Origin: Phoronis australis
Lineage: Eukaryota; Animalia; Phoronida
Direction of reading: 5' to 3'
Length of the DNA stretch: 64,000 nt
Assembly: GCA_002633005.1 (NCBI GenBank)
Contig: NMRA01000100.1
Coordinates: forward strand, 20,497-84,496
The notes under the pieces are model-generated. The model saw only the letters and a program-made list of their open reading frames with translations, was not told the DNA's origin and did no database searches. The position numbers and the translations under genes are program-made. Below, one piece after another: positions 12,710-24,500 of the stretch (position 1 is its first letter; the number at the start of each line of letters is the position of its first letter).

Positions 12710-13979
12710 GACATTTTTCCATGCCTTATTGAAAAAGATTTATTTATACATACCTTATAGAATGTACTGTTGGCAATCCATTGTTATGGCTATTTTGGTA
12801 TTTATACTTAAATTTCAGATAAACAATAAACAAAACTCAAATAAGGAATGTGTTTTGTGGTGTTTTGTTTAGTTTGACTAAAACTGGACCTTATCATGAA
12901 CCTGCCAATAATCCATAGATAGTCTTTATGAATATTCATATCACAGGCATACTGTCAGGGCCTTAATAATGTTTTCACTTCACAATTGCCAGTTAAAGGT
13001 TTACTCCAGTTATCATTAATACATAATAGCCTGGAAATAATTTGTTCACATTTTCTCAATAAGTAACAATTATGAGCATATTCAGATAATTTATTTATTT
13101 GTTAAACTGAGTTTTGGGTATTTGTGTGAAACATTGATGTTGAGTGCAAGACCAAATCTCTGTAGCCAGAGCCTTGGAAGGAAAATGGTAAAAGGTTANN
13201 NNNNNNNNNNNNNNNNNNNNNNNNNNNNNNNNNNNNNNNNNNNNNNNNNNNNNNNNNNNNNNNNNNNNNNNNNNNNNNNNNNNNNNNNNNNNNNNNNNNN
13301 NNNNNNNNNNNNNNNNNNNNNNNNNNNNNNNNNNNNNNNNNNNNNNNNNNNNNNNNNNNNNNNNNNNNNNNNNNNNNNNNNNNNNNNNNNNNNNNNNNNN
13401 NNNNNNNNNNNNNNNNNNNNNNNNNNNNNNNNNNNNNNNNNNNNNNNNNNNNNNNNNNNNNNNNNNNNNNNNNNNNNNNNNNNNNNNNNNNNNNNNNNNN
13501 NNNNNNNNNNNNNNNNNNNNNNNNNNNNNNNNNNNNNNNNNNNNNNNNNNNNNNNNNNNNNNNNNNNNNNNNNNNNNNNNNNNNNNNNNNNNNNNNNNNN
13601 NNNNNNNNNNNNNNNNNNNNNNNNNNNNNNNNNNNNNNNNNNNNNNNNNNNNNNNNNNNNNNNNNNNNNNNNNNNNNNNNNNNNNNNNNNNNNNNNNNNN
13701 NNNNNNNNNNNNNNNNNNNNNNNNNNNNNNNNNNNNNNNNNNNNNNNNNNNNNNNNNNNNNNNNNNNNNNNNNNNNNNNNNNNNNNNNNNNNNNNNNNNN
13801 NNNNNNNNNNNNNNNNNNNNNNNNNNNNNNNNNNNNNNNNNNNNNNNNNNNNNNNNNNNNNNNNNNNNNNNNNNNNNNNNNNNNNNNNNNNNNNNNNNNN
13901 NNNNNNNNNNNNNNNNNNNNNNNNNNNNNNNNNNNNNNNNNNNNNNNNNNNNNNNNNNNNNNNNNNNNNNNNNNNNNNN

Positions 13980-15544
13980 CGTCATCAAAATGTTCAAGAA
14001 ACGAATAAATTACCTGGTTAAGGCGACCTTCTCTTCTTCGGAGCAGTACCGGAAACAGCTGATTAGTTGCCGAAAGGTCAAACCGCACAGCATTATGGGC
14101 AACATTCGTTTGTTTTGATCACGCAGATTTTAAGAAAATAAAAAATAAAAGAAAAAATATGTACAGGCAGCAGATCGACCCCATACTTACGAAAAGTTCT
14201 AATTAAGTGTCAGAGAGTATGTTTCAATGGTTTTTATGCAGATTCACGATGTTTTTAAAACGTCTACAAACGGATCATATGACTTTAAGCAAATAAAACA
14301 GTCAACGGTTGCTGTCTTTTTGTAATTCTTTGGGAAAAAGTATCGATACATTTACTGTTGTAAAACCATCGGAATAATTCCGTTTGTGCAATTCACAAGT
14401 AATGGTCTTCAAGTTCGTCAAACTTCCACGCTTTCCATGGCATTCTATCCTAGCGCAATATTTCAATACAATTTAACATTTGGTCCACATGTCTTGATGT
14501 TGCTATAAGTTTTGCTTTGTTTTTCGACGAATTTGAAATTTTATCTACTTCCGCTCGTGAATAGTTGAAAGGGAGACAAAGGGGTAATTGCCTCGGCAGC
14601 CTCTCCAAGAAGGGACCTCTTAATAAGAAAGGCAATATCATTAAAAATGGAAAAGAGAGGCAGTTAATTCCATCACTTTGCGACCCTCCAAGAAGTGATC
14701 TACAATCACATAAAAGTTACTTTCACGTTAAACAAATGAAAATTTTTGGTTAAATTTGGAAATTATATATATGTGTATGCGTGCGTGCGTGTATGCGTGC
14801 GTATATGTATCTTCTGAAGCAGTAGTCCTAGTCCAAGTCATGAAATAAGAAAAGTAAACACTTCAGTTTTTCAGCATTGTACCGTAGTCAAGCTGAACTT
14901 GGTAACCAATATTTTTGTCTACTACATTAGCCAACTATTTTAATTCGTTTTGTTTTTGCCACGCTAATAAAGCAAATTCATTACAGAAAGCCGGTGAGTG
15001 TTATTAATCTTCCGATTGTGGTCTTGGTACATAACCTTTTTATCAATCAACGCTAATAATCATCAAAAATTCGCCATCGAATATATTAATACAATATATA
15101 AATAATACCTTGGTTACGTGTCGAGGAAGTTCCGGATGTTCTCGAACGGGACCACTGTGACCCTTCAGAAATTTGTAAATGCTTCGAAGATCATCATTCT
15201 GAAGCGCTCTAAAATTTAATATAGATGTACTAACTTCTAGAAATTTTTTTCGCATTTGTCAACCTTTAAAAGTAAACAACGGGAAAATGGAAAGTTTACC
15301 GACAGGCTCGGAAACCTTCAAAATCAATATACTGTCGCCTAGCAACAATATAATCTAGACTTCTGAGGCCCGCTTCATGAAAAATGACTCCAGGGAAAAA
15401 ACGCCACATCCATCAATAGAGAAGTTTGCTACGTAAAATAATACATTGTTCATGCATGTCAGAAATTTCATAGTGTGTGGAGAGCAAGGTGAAATTTCTG
15501 ACGTAAGCCTGGGTGGTTTGTTTTCTATAAAACAAAAAAAATGA

Positions 15545-15576
<32 letters not shown>

Positions 15577-15807
15577 GTAATAATAATAATAAGAAGAAGA
15601 AGAGGAAGAAGAAGCAGAAGAAGCAGAAGTAGAAGGATAATAGTAATAATAATCTTTACGAACGCACAGCAAGTACATAACAAGACCATCACTCAATGTT
15701 AAATTTTCTTACTTCTCAAAGACAATCAGCCCGTTTCCCGTAAGATCAGGTCGCACCTTTCCCCATGCGCTCTGGACAAGTTTAATTTGATCCGCTGTGA
15801 TGGACAT
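13980..15807 (-). pseudogene. Globin pseudogene with neuroglobin-type exon structure
   Basis: Exon 15807-15713 encodes MSITADQIKLVQSAWGKVRPDLTGNGLIVFE(K) (A/B helices, A12 Trp) with a phase-2 donor at B12. Exon 15208-15109 encodes ALQNDDLRSIYKFLKGHSGPVREHPELPRHVTK (E7 His) with a phase-0 donor at E11. A degenerate exon at ~14461-14344 has two inferred 1-nt deletions, Asn at the F8 position and non-canonical splice sites. A degenerate G/H exon at ~14098-13980 (CSEEEKVALTR*FIRF) has a premature stop. Confidence 0.8.
15541..15652. repeat. Compound (AAT)n-(AAG/GAAGCA)n microsatellite in globin intron 1
   Basis: Direct reading of the sequence. Confidence 0.95.
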
Positions 15808-18062
15808 CTTGACTATGAAAAGGAACTTTTTACTAACGAATCTTTATAGACCTAGTGATGAATGGAGTTAATCTGAGAGTGGGGGGGGGGGGTACTTTAG
15901 ATTTGAGGGCACTTTGCTTACCGTGTTAGAGTTGACACCTTACATGTACATTAAAGGCAATTTGTTTTGACAGTTAGAACAATGGTAAAGCCGTGTTGGG
16001 AGGTAAAATTGTCCATTTTTGTAGCTTTCGTCTGTGCAAAGTATTAAAAAATAAATGTTGAACCTCCAGTCTAAATAACAAGCCACAGACACGCACGCAC
16101 ACACACACATTCCAGCGCGACATTTAACGCTGCTGTAACGCGCGCCCTCCGGATACTCCATCAGACGAAACATGACACGAACCATGTGCAAGCGGTGCTT
16201 GGTTTCTAAGCCGCCGAAATACTGTTTGAACATCTTTGTAATTGACAAAGTAATGGGACAAAGACATGAAGATAAGGAGTAATAAATGTTCAAGCGATTT
16301 TTTGATAAAACTCTCGAGTGCGAGGTGAAAAATACCAGGTACACTTCCACTTTGCTACGAAAGTGTGCAGCTGAAAACTTAAATGTTACTTTGTAGGGAT
16401 TTGACAAATAAAAATACTGCAAAGTTGCCGATTTTTTCTGGTTAATTTTATTTATTTTCAGTGAAACTTCGGCAAATTTGACGACAAAGTGCACGACTGC
16501 GTAAACAATGAATGCGAGTGACCTTATTCAAAGATAAGGAGCATCCAATCTTTGTAGGCAATTCTTTGTACCCATATATTGTTTAAATTTTGGTGTAAAA
16601 CTTTTGTTTGGACATGGCAAAGATCTTGAATCCGCATTCACGTTTGAATCAACACAATATCAAAACAGTTATAAATTCGCGTTCTGCTCATGAAACCACT
16701 TAGCGTTATAAGAATGGTTTCAAATTGTCCCTAACTTAGTTCAGATTTTTGGTGTTTATTAAAAACTGACAGTTCGTTATTGTTAAAACTATGCTCGGCT
16801 CATAAAATGAGATGCCAAGACAAGCCAACTTAAGTGCAGGGCCCGATCTCAACGAATTGCCAGTTCTTTTGATTGAGGCTTGAAATCATCTCCAAAAATT
16901 GATACCAATTGCATCGCGATAAGTAGTCTAAATCAAGTTTGTTTGTAATGGAAGGTGTGTTTGTAGAAAATCTTTACCCTTCCGGCGTGGATGAGAATCG
17001 CCGCTTCAAAAAATAACGCGCGCGTCAAGTAGCCGTTGTTGACATTTGGCACGGTGTAGTCCCGGCTCCAGACAGTCGACCCGGTAAACTGCTATGTGAT
17101 CGCCAACTTGACAAAATAAATTCATAAATATCTACATAGAAAAAGACTTTATCATTCTGAAGTGACGTCAGTAGCACGGCTTTTCAATTAATACATTCCT
17201 GATTTAGTCCAATAAAACATCATCCAAACTAGACAATACTTGACCCGTCGGGTACATTCTGACCTTGTGTGAGTCATGTCTCGACAACAACGCGATGACC
17301 CAAACGGGTGACTTCGTTACATGCGTTAACCACAGACGACAAAAAATCAAATTTATCTCAAACTTTTAATTAAACCCGATTTCGCCCAGTTTATCTGGGT
17401 AAAAATAGATATTTAAATACGTTTTCTACTCTCAAAAATCGATCTCGTAACATATCAGTACCTTGCCACGATAGGATTATATTTCCGTTACCAACAAGAA
17501 CGTCAACACCACCAACGGTTCAAGAAAGCATCTCAAAGTTTATTGGTGTTGGCCAACACTTAAAATTGCGAATTCGAAAATGGCGCGTGTGCGTATTGCC
17601 TAGTCAAGAATAATAAAATTCCAGCTCGGGTAAGGTGGTATATTTTTAAACCCTAAAACGCTTTGGTTAAGAAATAAAAACATCGACAGCTAAACGGGGG
17701 CGAAATACAGCTTTAAGTATCAGCAAAAAATGCCGGAACTTAAGTTGCATTATGTTGGCTATGCCCGCAATGCTCCATTTCATGAACTCGGAATTTTTGT
17801 TGCCGCAAAGAACAGAAATTGCGTCACTCGAATTAGTAACTAGAAATCAACTACTAGCGTAATCTTAATAACATTTTGAAAAACGTTATAATTCAACGCC
17901 AGCTGTAAAAATCAAACGAACCCGCAACCGAAAACAGAAAACTGACGTTAGAAAAAAATTGCGATTTTTTAAAGCCACTGTCAAGAAATTGACGTTCACT
18001 TAGCAAATGACCTGTCAACATAAGACTCTGCAATGAGCTTGATCCGTAAATAATGGAAAGAC

Positions 18063-18304
18063 TTCAGTAACGCTAGAACCTCGCTAAAATCTAGACAAAA
18101 TCACGTGTTATTATTTAAATACATATACAGGTTATCTCACATACATAGGGATGCTACTGCCATATCCTATCGAGAATTCATTTCATCTGGGAATGTTCCA
18201 ATGAGATCGAAGTGACTATACAATGTCCATATTTTCATATATATGCGATAAAAGGCAATATCTCGCGAAGTCTTGCTTTTCAGCGAGGTCCTAGCGTTAC
18301 TGAA
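18063..18304. mobile_element. MITE with ~35-bp imperfect TIRs (CAGT termini, Tc1/mariner-like)
   Basis: ttcagtaacgctagaacctcgcta pairs with tcagcgaggtcctagcgttactgaa. Confidence 0.7.
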
Positions 18305-19240
18305 CATGGGCAGATGTTTTGTATGATAACCTGTACGGGAGACCACTTTTAGCCCTGAAGAGATAGGCCTCAACTTGTTCCTTACTAAAATTAGTCATGG
18401 TTTCTAATCTCGGAAAGGACTGACACTTTTGGTCATTGCTTGACACTTGGCTTAACAAATTGGCTGACGTCACGGCTGGTCACTATTTTATGGGTCCAAC
18501 ATATTCGGCTATATTCTCAAGCAATAACAAACTTTAAGTTCTATCCAAGCTGGTGGCCAAAGCTTACCCATCTGGTTACAGGATTGAGCCGAGAACAATT
18601 TCATGAGTAAGAAGTATAAATCATAAATTCGTTTTTTGAAGGAAAGCGGGTTTAGAGCAAATTTAAAATAAAGCAATACTTCTGGTACCCCAAGTCCCGG
18701 TTGCTGAGATGCATCAAATGGCCGCGGCAAATTTGCAGCAACGTCTCCATGAATAGACACCAGTTTCAAAAACACTCTTTGGCCTTCCTCCGTAAAACAA
18801 TCAATCTTATGAAGAAGACACCGTTCATTCCTCAACCCGTACAAGTGAAGGCTGTCTTAAAAAAATACTTTTCTCCCTTCATTTTGCCGCTAAAACTAAC
18901 AGGAATTCAAATACAAAACCAATTCAGTCAAATTGTTAATGAAGCTCCTTCAACGTTATACCTATGTTATAAAAATATACAGTCCTTGATACCGAATATG
19001 AAACAAAAACATTATAAACTTACTGAAATTAATTTTGCTAACTTAGATAACATACAGAATTTACAAAATGTTCTTATTCCAAAGACAACTAAACACAGAT
19101 GAAGCACAAGCTGTAATTAAAATTGGTGAAAATGCCATCAACCAGCTATGTCATCACTTCAGCTTTGCCCAGTATTTCAAATGAAAACATAGCAGGCGAG
19201 GGAATTCCTCAAACACACATTTTGTTAGTTACTAACAAGC

Positions 19241-19246
19241 TTTATT
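19241..19246 (-). promoter_or_regulatory. Candidate distal polyadenylation signal of the C4orf33-like gene (a proximal candidate lies at 20642-20647)
   Basis: AATAAA on the minus strand at the end of a long T-rich, UTR-like stretch downstream of the stop at 21427. Confidence 0.4.
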
Positions 19247-19784
19247 CTGTCATCACAATGTGAAGTTAACACCAAAGTAATATTTTACATCATTGCAGCT
19301 TTTACCTGTGACTGACATCAAATATTTAATAAAACACCACAAAAGCTGAAAAACTTACAAAGCAAAAACACAAAACCTTAAATAACTAACCAGTTTTCAA
19401 CTGAAACACAGGCAAGTACTCTTACTAAACCCACCATCTTGTTTCTTTCTCAAAGGCTTATTGCATTGCTACACATGCTCAAATTTTTACTAAAAAACTT
19501 GCTTCATATTTATTTTTGTTCACAAGACGAAATTTCCCTATCCTGCCATGTTGTATCCTAATGTTTCACTATAATTAGAACACAGACTAACATGGTAAAA
19601 CTGCACTAAACAAAATGGCGGACAATTTCTCATTCTCATTTGATCATCAACACATATGTAGGCCTACTCTCAAATTACCGTTTATCCATGTTCAAGTTCT
19701 GAACCACAGCTGGCCATCAGACAGCATTCATTTTTTGAAAAAATGTGAACTTTCACAACAGGGCTACGAAACCTTGAAATATGA

Positions 19785-20345
19785 AACAAGAGCAACGTGG
19801 AGCATTGAAATGCACACACCACAGCACCAACAGCACCGCAACGGTGTGTACTTCAATGGGTGTTTTAGTATCATAAAAATGGTCATTAGATGGGCCAGAA
19901 TGCAAAAATGTGCAGGTATCACCCTCTCTGTAGTAGACAACTATTCGCCAAATTTCTTGGAAATAAACCAAGGAACTTCAAAGATGAGACAAACGTAAAA
20001 AAAAAACAATTGTCACTAGGGGGCACAGCTATAGTTCAATTGGTCTGAAACTCATTGGCAGCTTTTGCCATCTCTATAAAAACCCATCAGCCAAACTTCG
20101 CAAAGATCCTACAAAGGGTTAAGGAGATACAGCCGTAGATGAAAACAATTTCTCCTAGGGTATGCCAGAATAGTTCACACCAGTTCGAAATCAATGTCAG
20201 CCAGGTTCTTCATATTAGGACACAAATGTCAATTTCCATAATGATCCTTAAAGTGGTTTGGCAAATAGAGAGGCAGGCATCGAAAACGTGGGCAAAGTTT
20301 GTCCGAAATTGGCAATATTTTACCATAATTGTTCGTCCTTAATTA
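19785..20345. mobile_element. Non-autonomous Helentron/HINE-like element in the putative C4orf33 3'UTR; boundaries approximate
   Basis: aaacaagagc terminus and internal ...gccaaacttcgcaaagatcctacaaagggttaaggagatacagcc-type motifs, as recalled for these elements. Confidence 0.45.
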
Positions 20346-21426
20346 ATCCAGCAACTTACTTGTCGGAGAAACTCTAATTCCTATTGGCGGGAAACAATAA
20401 CACCACACGCACCACTAAACCCATAGTTACAGTCACTCTGCTGTATTCACACTGTGACAGAGACACCTACTGTGATGGGCATGACATCTGGTGGACAATC
20501 AGAGAGAAATAGAACAACTATCAACAGCAGATGAAAAACTGGTTTGTCACAAAAATCACAGTTTTCTACATTTACATGATAACAAAAACAAGAGAGGCAA
20601 AATCATAAGATTTGTCCAAATCAGAGATCGCACAAATGCATTTTATTAATTGCAGCTTACTTGCATATTGATGTACAAAACCAGAATTGGACAGAACAAA
20701 TGGCTTCTGCAGCAATAAATGCCAGCCCCATTGTTCTGCTAGAGCCAGTCAGCATGAACCTGAACCCATCTCTGTAAAGTGCAGCGCTTCAGAGTTTTCA
20801 ACCACCAGGATTCTTAGCAAGATAGTTAGCGGTAATCATTGCAACTTACTCCTGTTTAGTCCGTATTCCACACCACACCAGTTTTCTTTTGTTAAGAGCC
20901 AGGCTTGTTCTTTTGTCCGATGTGACAAGGCAAATGCCAATTAATGTACTACACAGAATGAATACATTATTGTAAACAAGCATCGACTTAAAACTGTTGT
21001 CAAGAAACAAACACATCGCAGTGTCTTGACTAATTTTTATCACATTTTTCCACCAAAGAAGGATTCTACACTAACCTATCAAGAGGAATTCAATTTCTGA
21101 TGCGTTAAAAATTACCAGTTTCTACCCTTGGCATTTCAATTTATTTTAGCCAGTATTCTATTGCCCTGAATACATCACTCATATGAAAATTGCTCTGCAC
21201 CACACAACAGGAGCTTAGATCAACTTTTGAGATATCAAGGGCGGACGGCGACACCTGTTGATGTAGAGCAGCATTGTCCAACTGAACGGCCCCGCCTGGT
21301 TTCCTAATGCTCCAGAACCAGACTACATTTGATAACCAATCCACTAGTCTAAGATCAGACCCAGAAAGTTTAGCAACTAATAAACTGAACAAAAAAACTT
21401 CAGTTTTCACCATTATCAATGTCAGG

Positions 21427-21526
21427 TCATACTTTGCCTTCCCAATGTTCCATTGGAGGATTCTTTGACCAGTTCTGGGGGAGAAGGAGTTTAAAGTCTA
21501 TGGGTTGGAAGTACTCCAGTCTGTGG
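21427..21526 (-). CDS. C4orf33: C4orf33-like exon 6 (terminal)
   Basis: Acceptor atttcag, encodes (F)HRLEYFQPIDFKLLLPQNWSKNPPMEHWEGKV then TGA. Confidence 0.92.
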
Positions 21527-24500
21527 CTGAAATAAATGAAAACGAAAATGATGTTCTGGAAAGATGCTTCATTGCACAAATGACTAAAAAGTAGTTGTCC
21601 ATGATCTACAGCAAATCTTCTGGCACTATTGGAATTAAATCGAACCAAAATACTATTTCTATATGTGGTTGTCAAAAAAGCTGATGGATTTCAACAAGGT
21701 TGTAGCAAAAACCCAGAAGGAAAGCAGATAGAAAATAACAACAAATCATTTGGAAATAAGCCGAAAATTGTTGCTTTGAAATTTGTGATTTTTAACTAGA
21801 AAAAAACAGTGAACTTTTTTTGAAAAATTTATATATCTTGTCGGAAATATACTTCTTTTCCCAAAAGTGCAGACAGATATAATGTTTATTTTGATAACAG
21901 ACCTTCATTCAAGCATGTGATGAAAATCCCACAGGATTTAAGAGGTATAATCTTAAGTTCATTGCATTCTAGTTAATGTAATAACTGAAACCCTGTGATG
22001 GATGTTTAAATTACAGAGGTTGCATCATAGTCAAAGACAACAGGAAACGACTTGTGAAATCCCTTTTCAACTTATATTTCGGTGAACAGCGCTCAATTTG
22101 GTGACCTGCAGGTCGACAATGAGACCTCAGATTAGCGACATGGGAAAAATCCCATAACAAAATAATCCTGCCAGTCCCTGGTTGCCACCAAGTAGTTTTG
22201 AAACTACCGGTAATTGGGGTTCTAGATGTTCAGTGGTCACTATTGCCCAAAAAGAAGAGGGATAAATTGATAAAAATTGTAACTACTGTAAGCATGAGAA
22301 CAACAAAAACAGCACCTGGAAAACTGAGAGCAATGCCATTCTCATCAGTAAATATGGAACTCATTCTTTTCATAAGTACACAATAAATTATTTTAGATTA
22401 CGTCGGCAACACATAATTTTAAAACTCATGGTTGGCTTGTCTATGGCACCTGTAATAACAGCAACACCACATAATGCCTACAATATTCACCAAAGGTTGG
22501 TTTTGACTTCAACGATATCATAACAGAAATTTATCATGCAAAGCAATGAAACTCTGTTGACAATTTGAGTTTACAGATTTTCCCACGTCTACTTACAAGT
22601 CAGGGTCTTTGTACTTTCCTTTAGGCGTTGGATACAGAGCTTCATATGTCCGTTTGTCCTTAGAGCCATGAATAGCATAGGCGTTGAATGTAGACACATT
22701 TGGTGGAAAGTACTCCACAGGCACTAGCGCTCTCCCATGCCAGCGACTAGAAGGTTTGTCTATGTTAGTTGAATACTTCAAAGGCAATTCCTTCTGAAAA
22801 ACACAGTGCAAGTAATTGTCAATTGCACAGTATGCATGTTTCAGTGATTCAACAAATGCAACGGTGAGCGTTGACATGCCCTCCCCAGTGTGCACCATTG
22901 CATATGGCGTAGATAAGGGATGATCATTATTTTGAACTTTAGCACTAAAGGGAGCAATATGCTGGATTACTGGCGCAGCTGTGACCAATCTCAATACTCT
23001 TTCAATGGTGACAACCATCTTTGCACAGATGCCAGTGTACAATTACTGAGTCTCCCATCTCCATACCTAAACAGTCTGTCTGAACAGGCATTTTCCAGGA
23101 AATGCACAATAAATTAATTCTGACAAAGTGGGAAAATTGCAAGTTTCCTGAATATTTTGTAAACTGTGACTAAACTGAACATTGACTTATTGTAGTCTTT
23201 TACGAACTTGCATCTTTATCATTCCACCTATTCTTAATCTTTTGGTTATAAGAGTCCCAATGGACCTAGTTCAAGTGAAATTTCACTATCATCGAATAAC
23301 GGTAGAAGAATCCTAATATGAACACAATAGCTTTTTAATTCAGAAGTTCAAAAGAACTTTCTGGTCATGTATGTAATTTGTACACACATTTTCTGCAGAA
23401 AAACCCATCCTTAGCATAGGCGGATTTAGGGAGGGGGGGCAGGGGGCCCGGGCTCCCCCCTTTGGCTGCCGCAAAAAATAAAACAGCAAGATCGTAGGAA
23501 AATGTTGAGTTTATTAATTAACCCCGGTAATTAAAATTATACGGATGAAACAAAATTTAAATGTGTGCAGTTTTAGTGTTTTTTTTGGGGAGGGGCTCAG
23601 ATCCAATTTCAAGTGTCAAATTCGGAACACGGCGCATTCGTAACAGAACTATGGCTAAGTATAGGCTCTCCCCTGATATCCCAGGCGACCGGCAGTGGCG
23701 CTGCGCACTACGACTCCGTTTCCGTCATCTGCTCCACTGTGCAATGAAGAAAATTTACTTCACTTTTTAAAGAAAATGGAATCTGAGTGACGATGAAAAA
23801 ACAGAAGCTGCTGGTAAGATGTGAATTTTAATCGAAGCCTTAGTGAATCACTCACAAACTCATAATTCTCTCTTTGTCAAACCTTAACTAGAGAGGATTT
23901 CCAAATCAATCCCGTCATTATTGCAAACACGAAAAATGGATTTGGTCTCTTGGGCATTTGAAGACTATTTTAAATACAACAAATTTGTTAAGAACCGATT
24001 GCACAAAATATAAAACGTGTAATAAGCATTACCAAAAGAAGTAGGTTTCGCGTGCAAACGCTGTGGACCAAAAACAAGGCCTAGGTCTCTTAGTTGGTAT
24101 AAAATTAGTAGTTAAATCGTGGTGGTGTAGTGGTAAAGCACGCGCGCTCTATCCGCCAGATCGTGAGTACGAGTCTTTGGTACTTGCAGTTTTTCCTGAT
24201 TGGCACGTTCTCCGTGTTTTTATTTGCCATTTTTCTTAGATAATACTTCAGGAATCAAGGAAAATGCTTGATTTTTAGAGGAAAAAAACAGAAAAATTGC
24301 CATTCGGTGCTATGCGCATCTACAATCGTGGTTTGCGCAAATGCTAACAGCCGGACAAAATGTTGGCCCCCCTTGTGATATCCTAGATCCGCCACTGCTT
24401 AGATACACCCATGGCATACATAAGGAAATTTTTTTTCCTTTTTTCCTCGGATATACGCCGGATGTATACTTATTTATATTTATTATTTATTATAGTGACA

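Noticed and set aside
15043-15255. 70-aa ORF MRKKFLEV... as a stand-alone gene with an RFX X-box (GTCGCCTAGCAAC, ~15334-15346) promoter
   Set aside because: Its core is globin exon 2, and the X-box-like motif lies in globin intron 1 with no independent support.
15940-16494. 184-aa minus-strand ORF
   Set aside because: It runs through a microsatellite and repeat-like DNA and has no recognisable motif.
18509-19102. Overlapping 111-aa and 133-aa ORFs
   Set aside because: No recognisable family and no consistent splice partners.
24114-24194. Functional tRNA gene
   Set aside because: The acceptor and anticodon stems do not pair and the B box is mutated; kept only as a tRNA-like relic.
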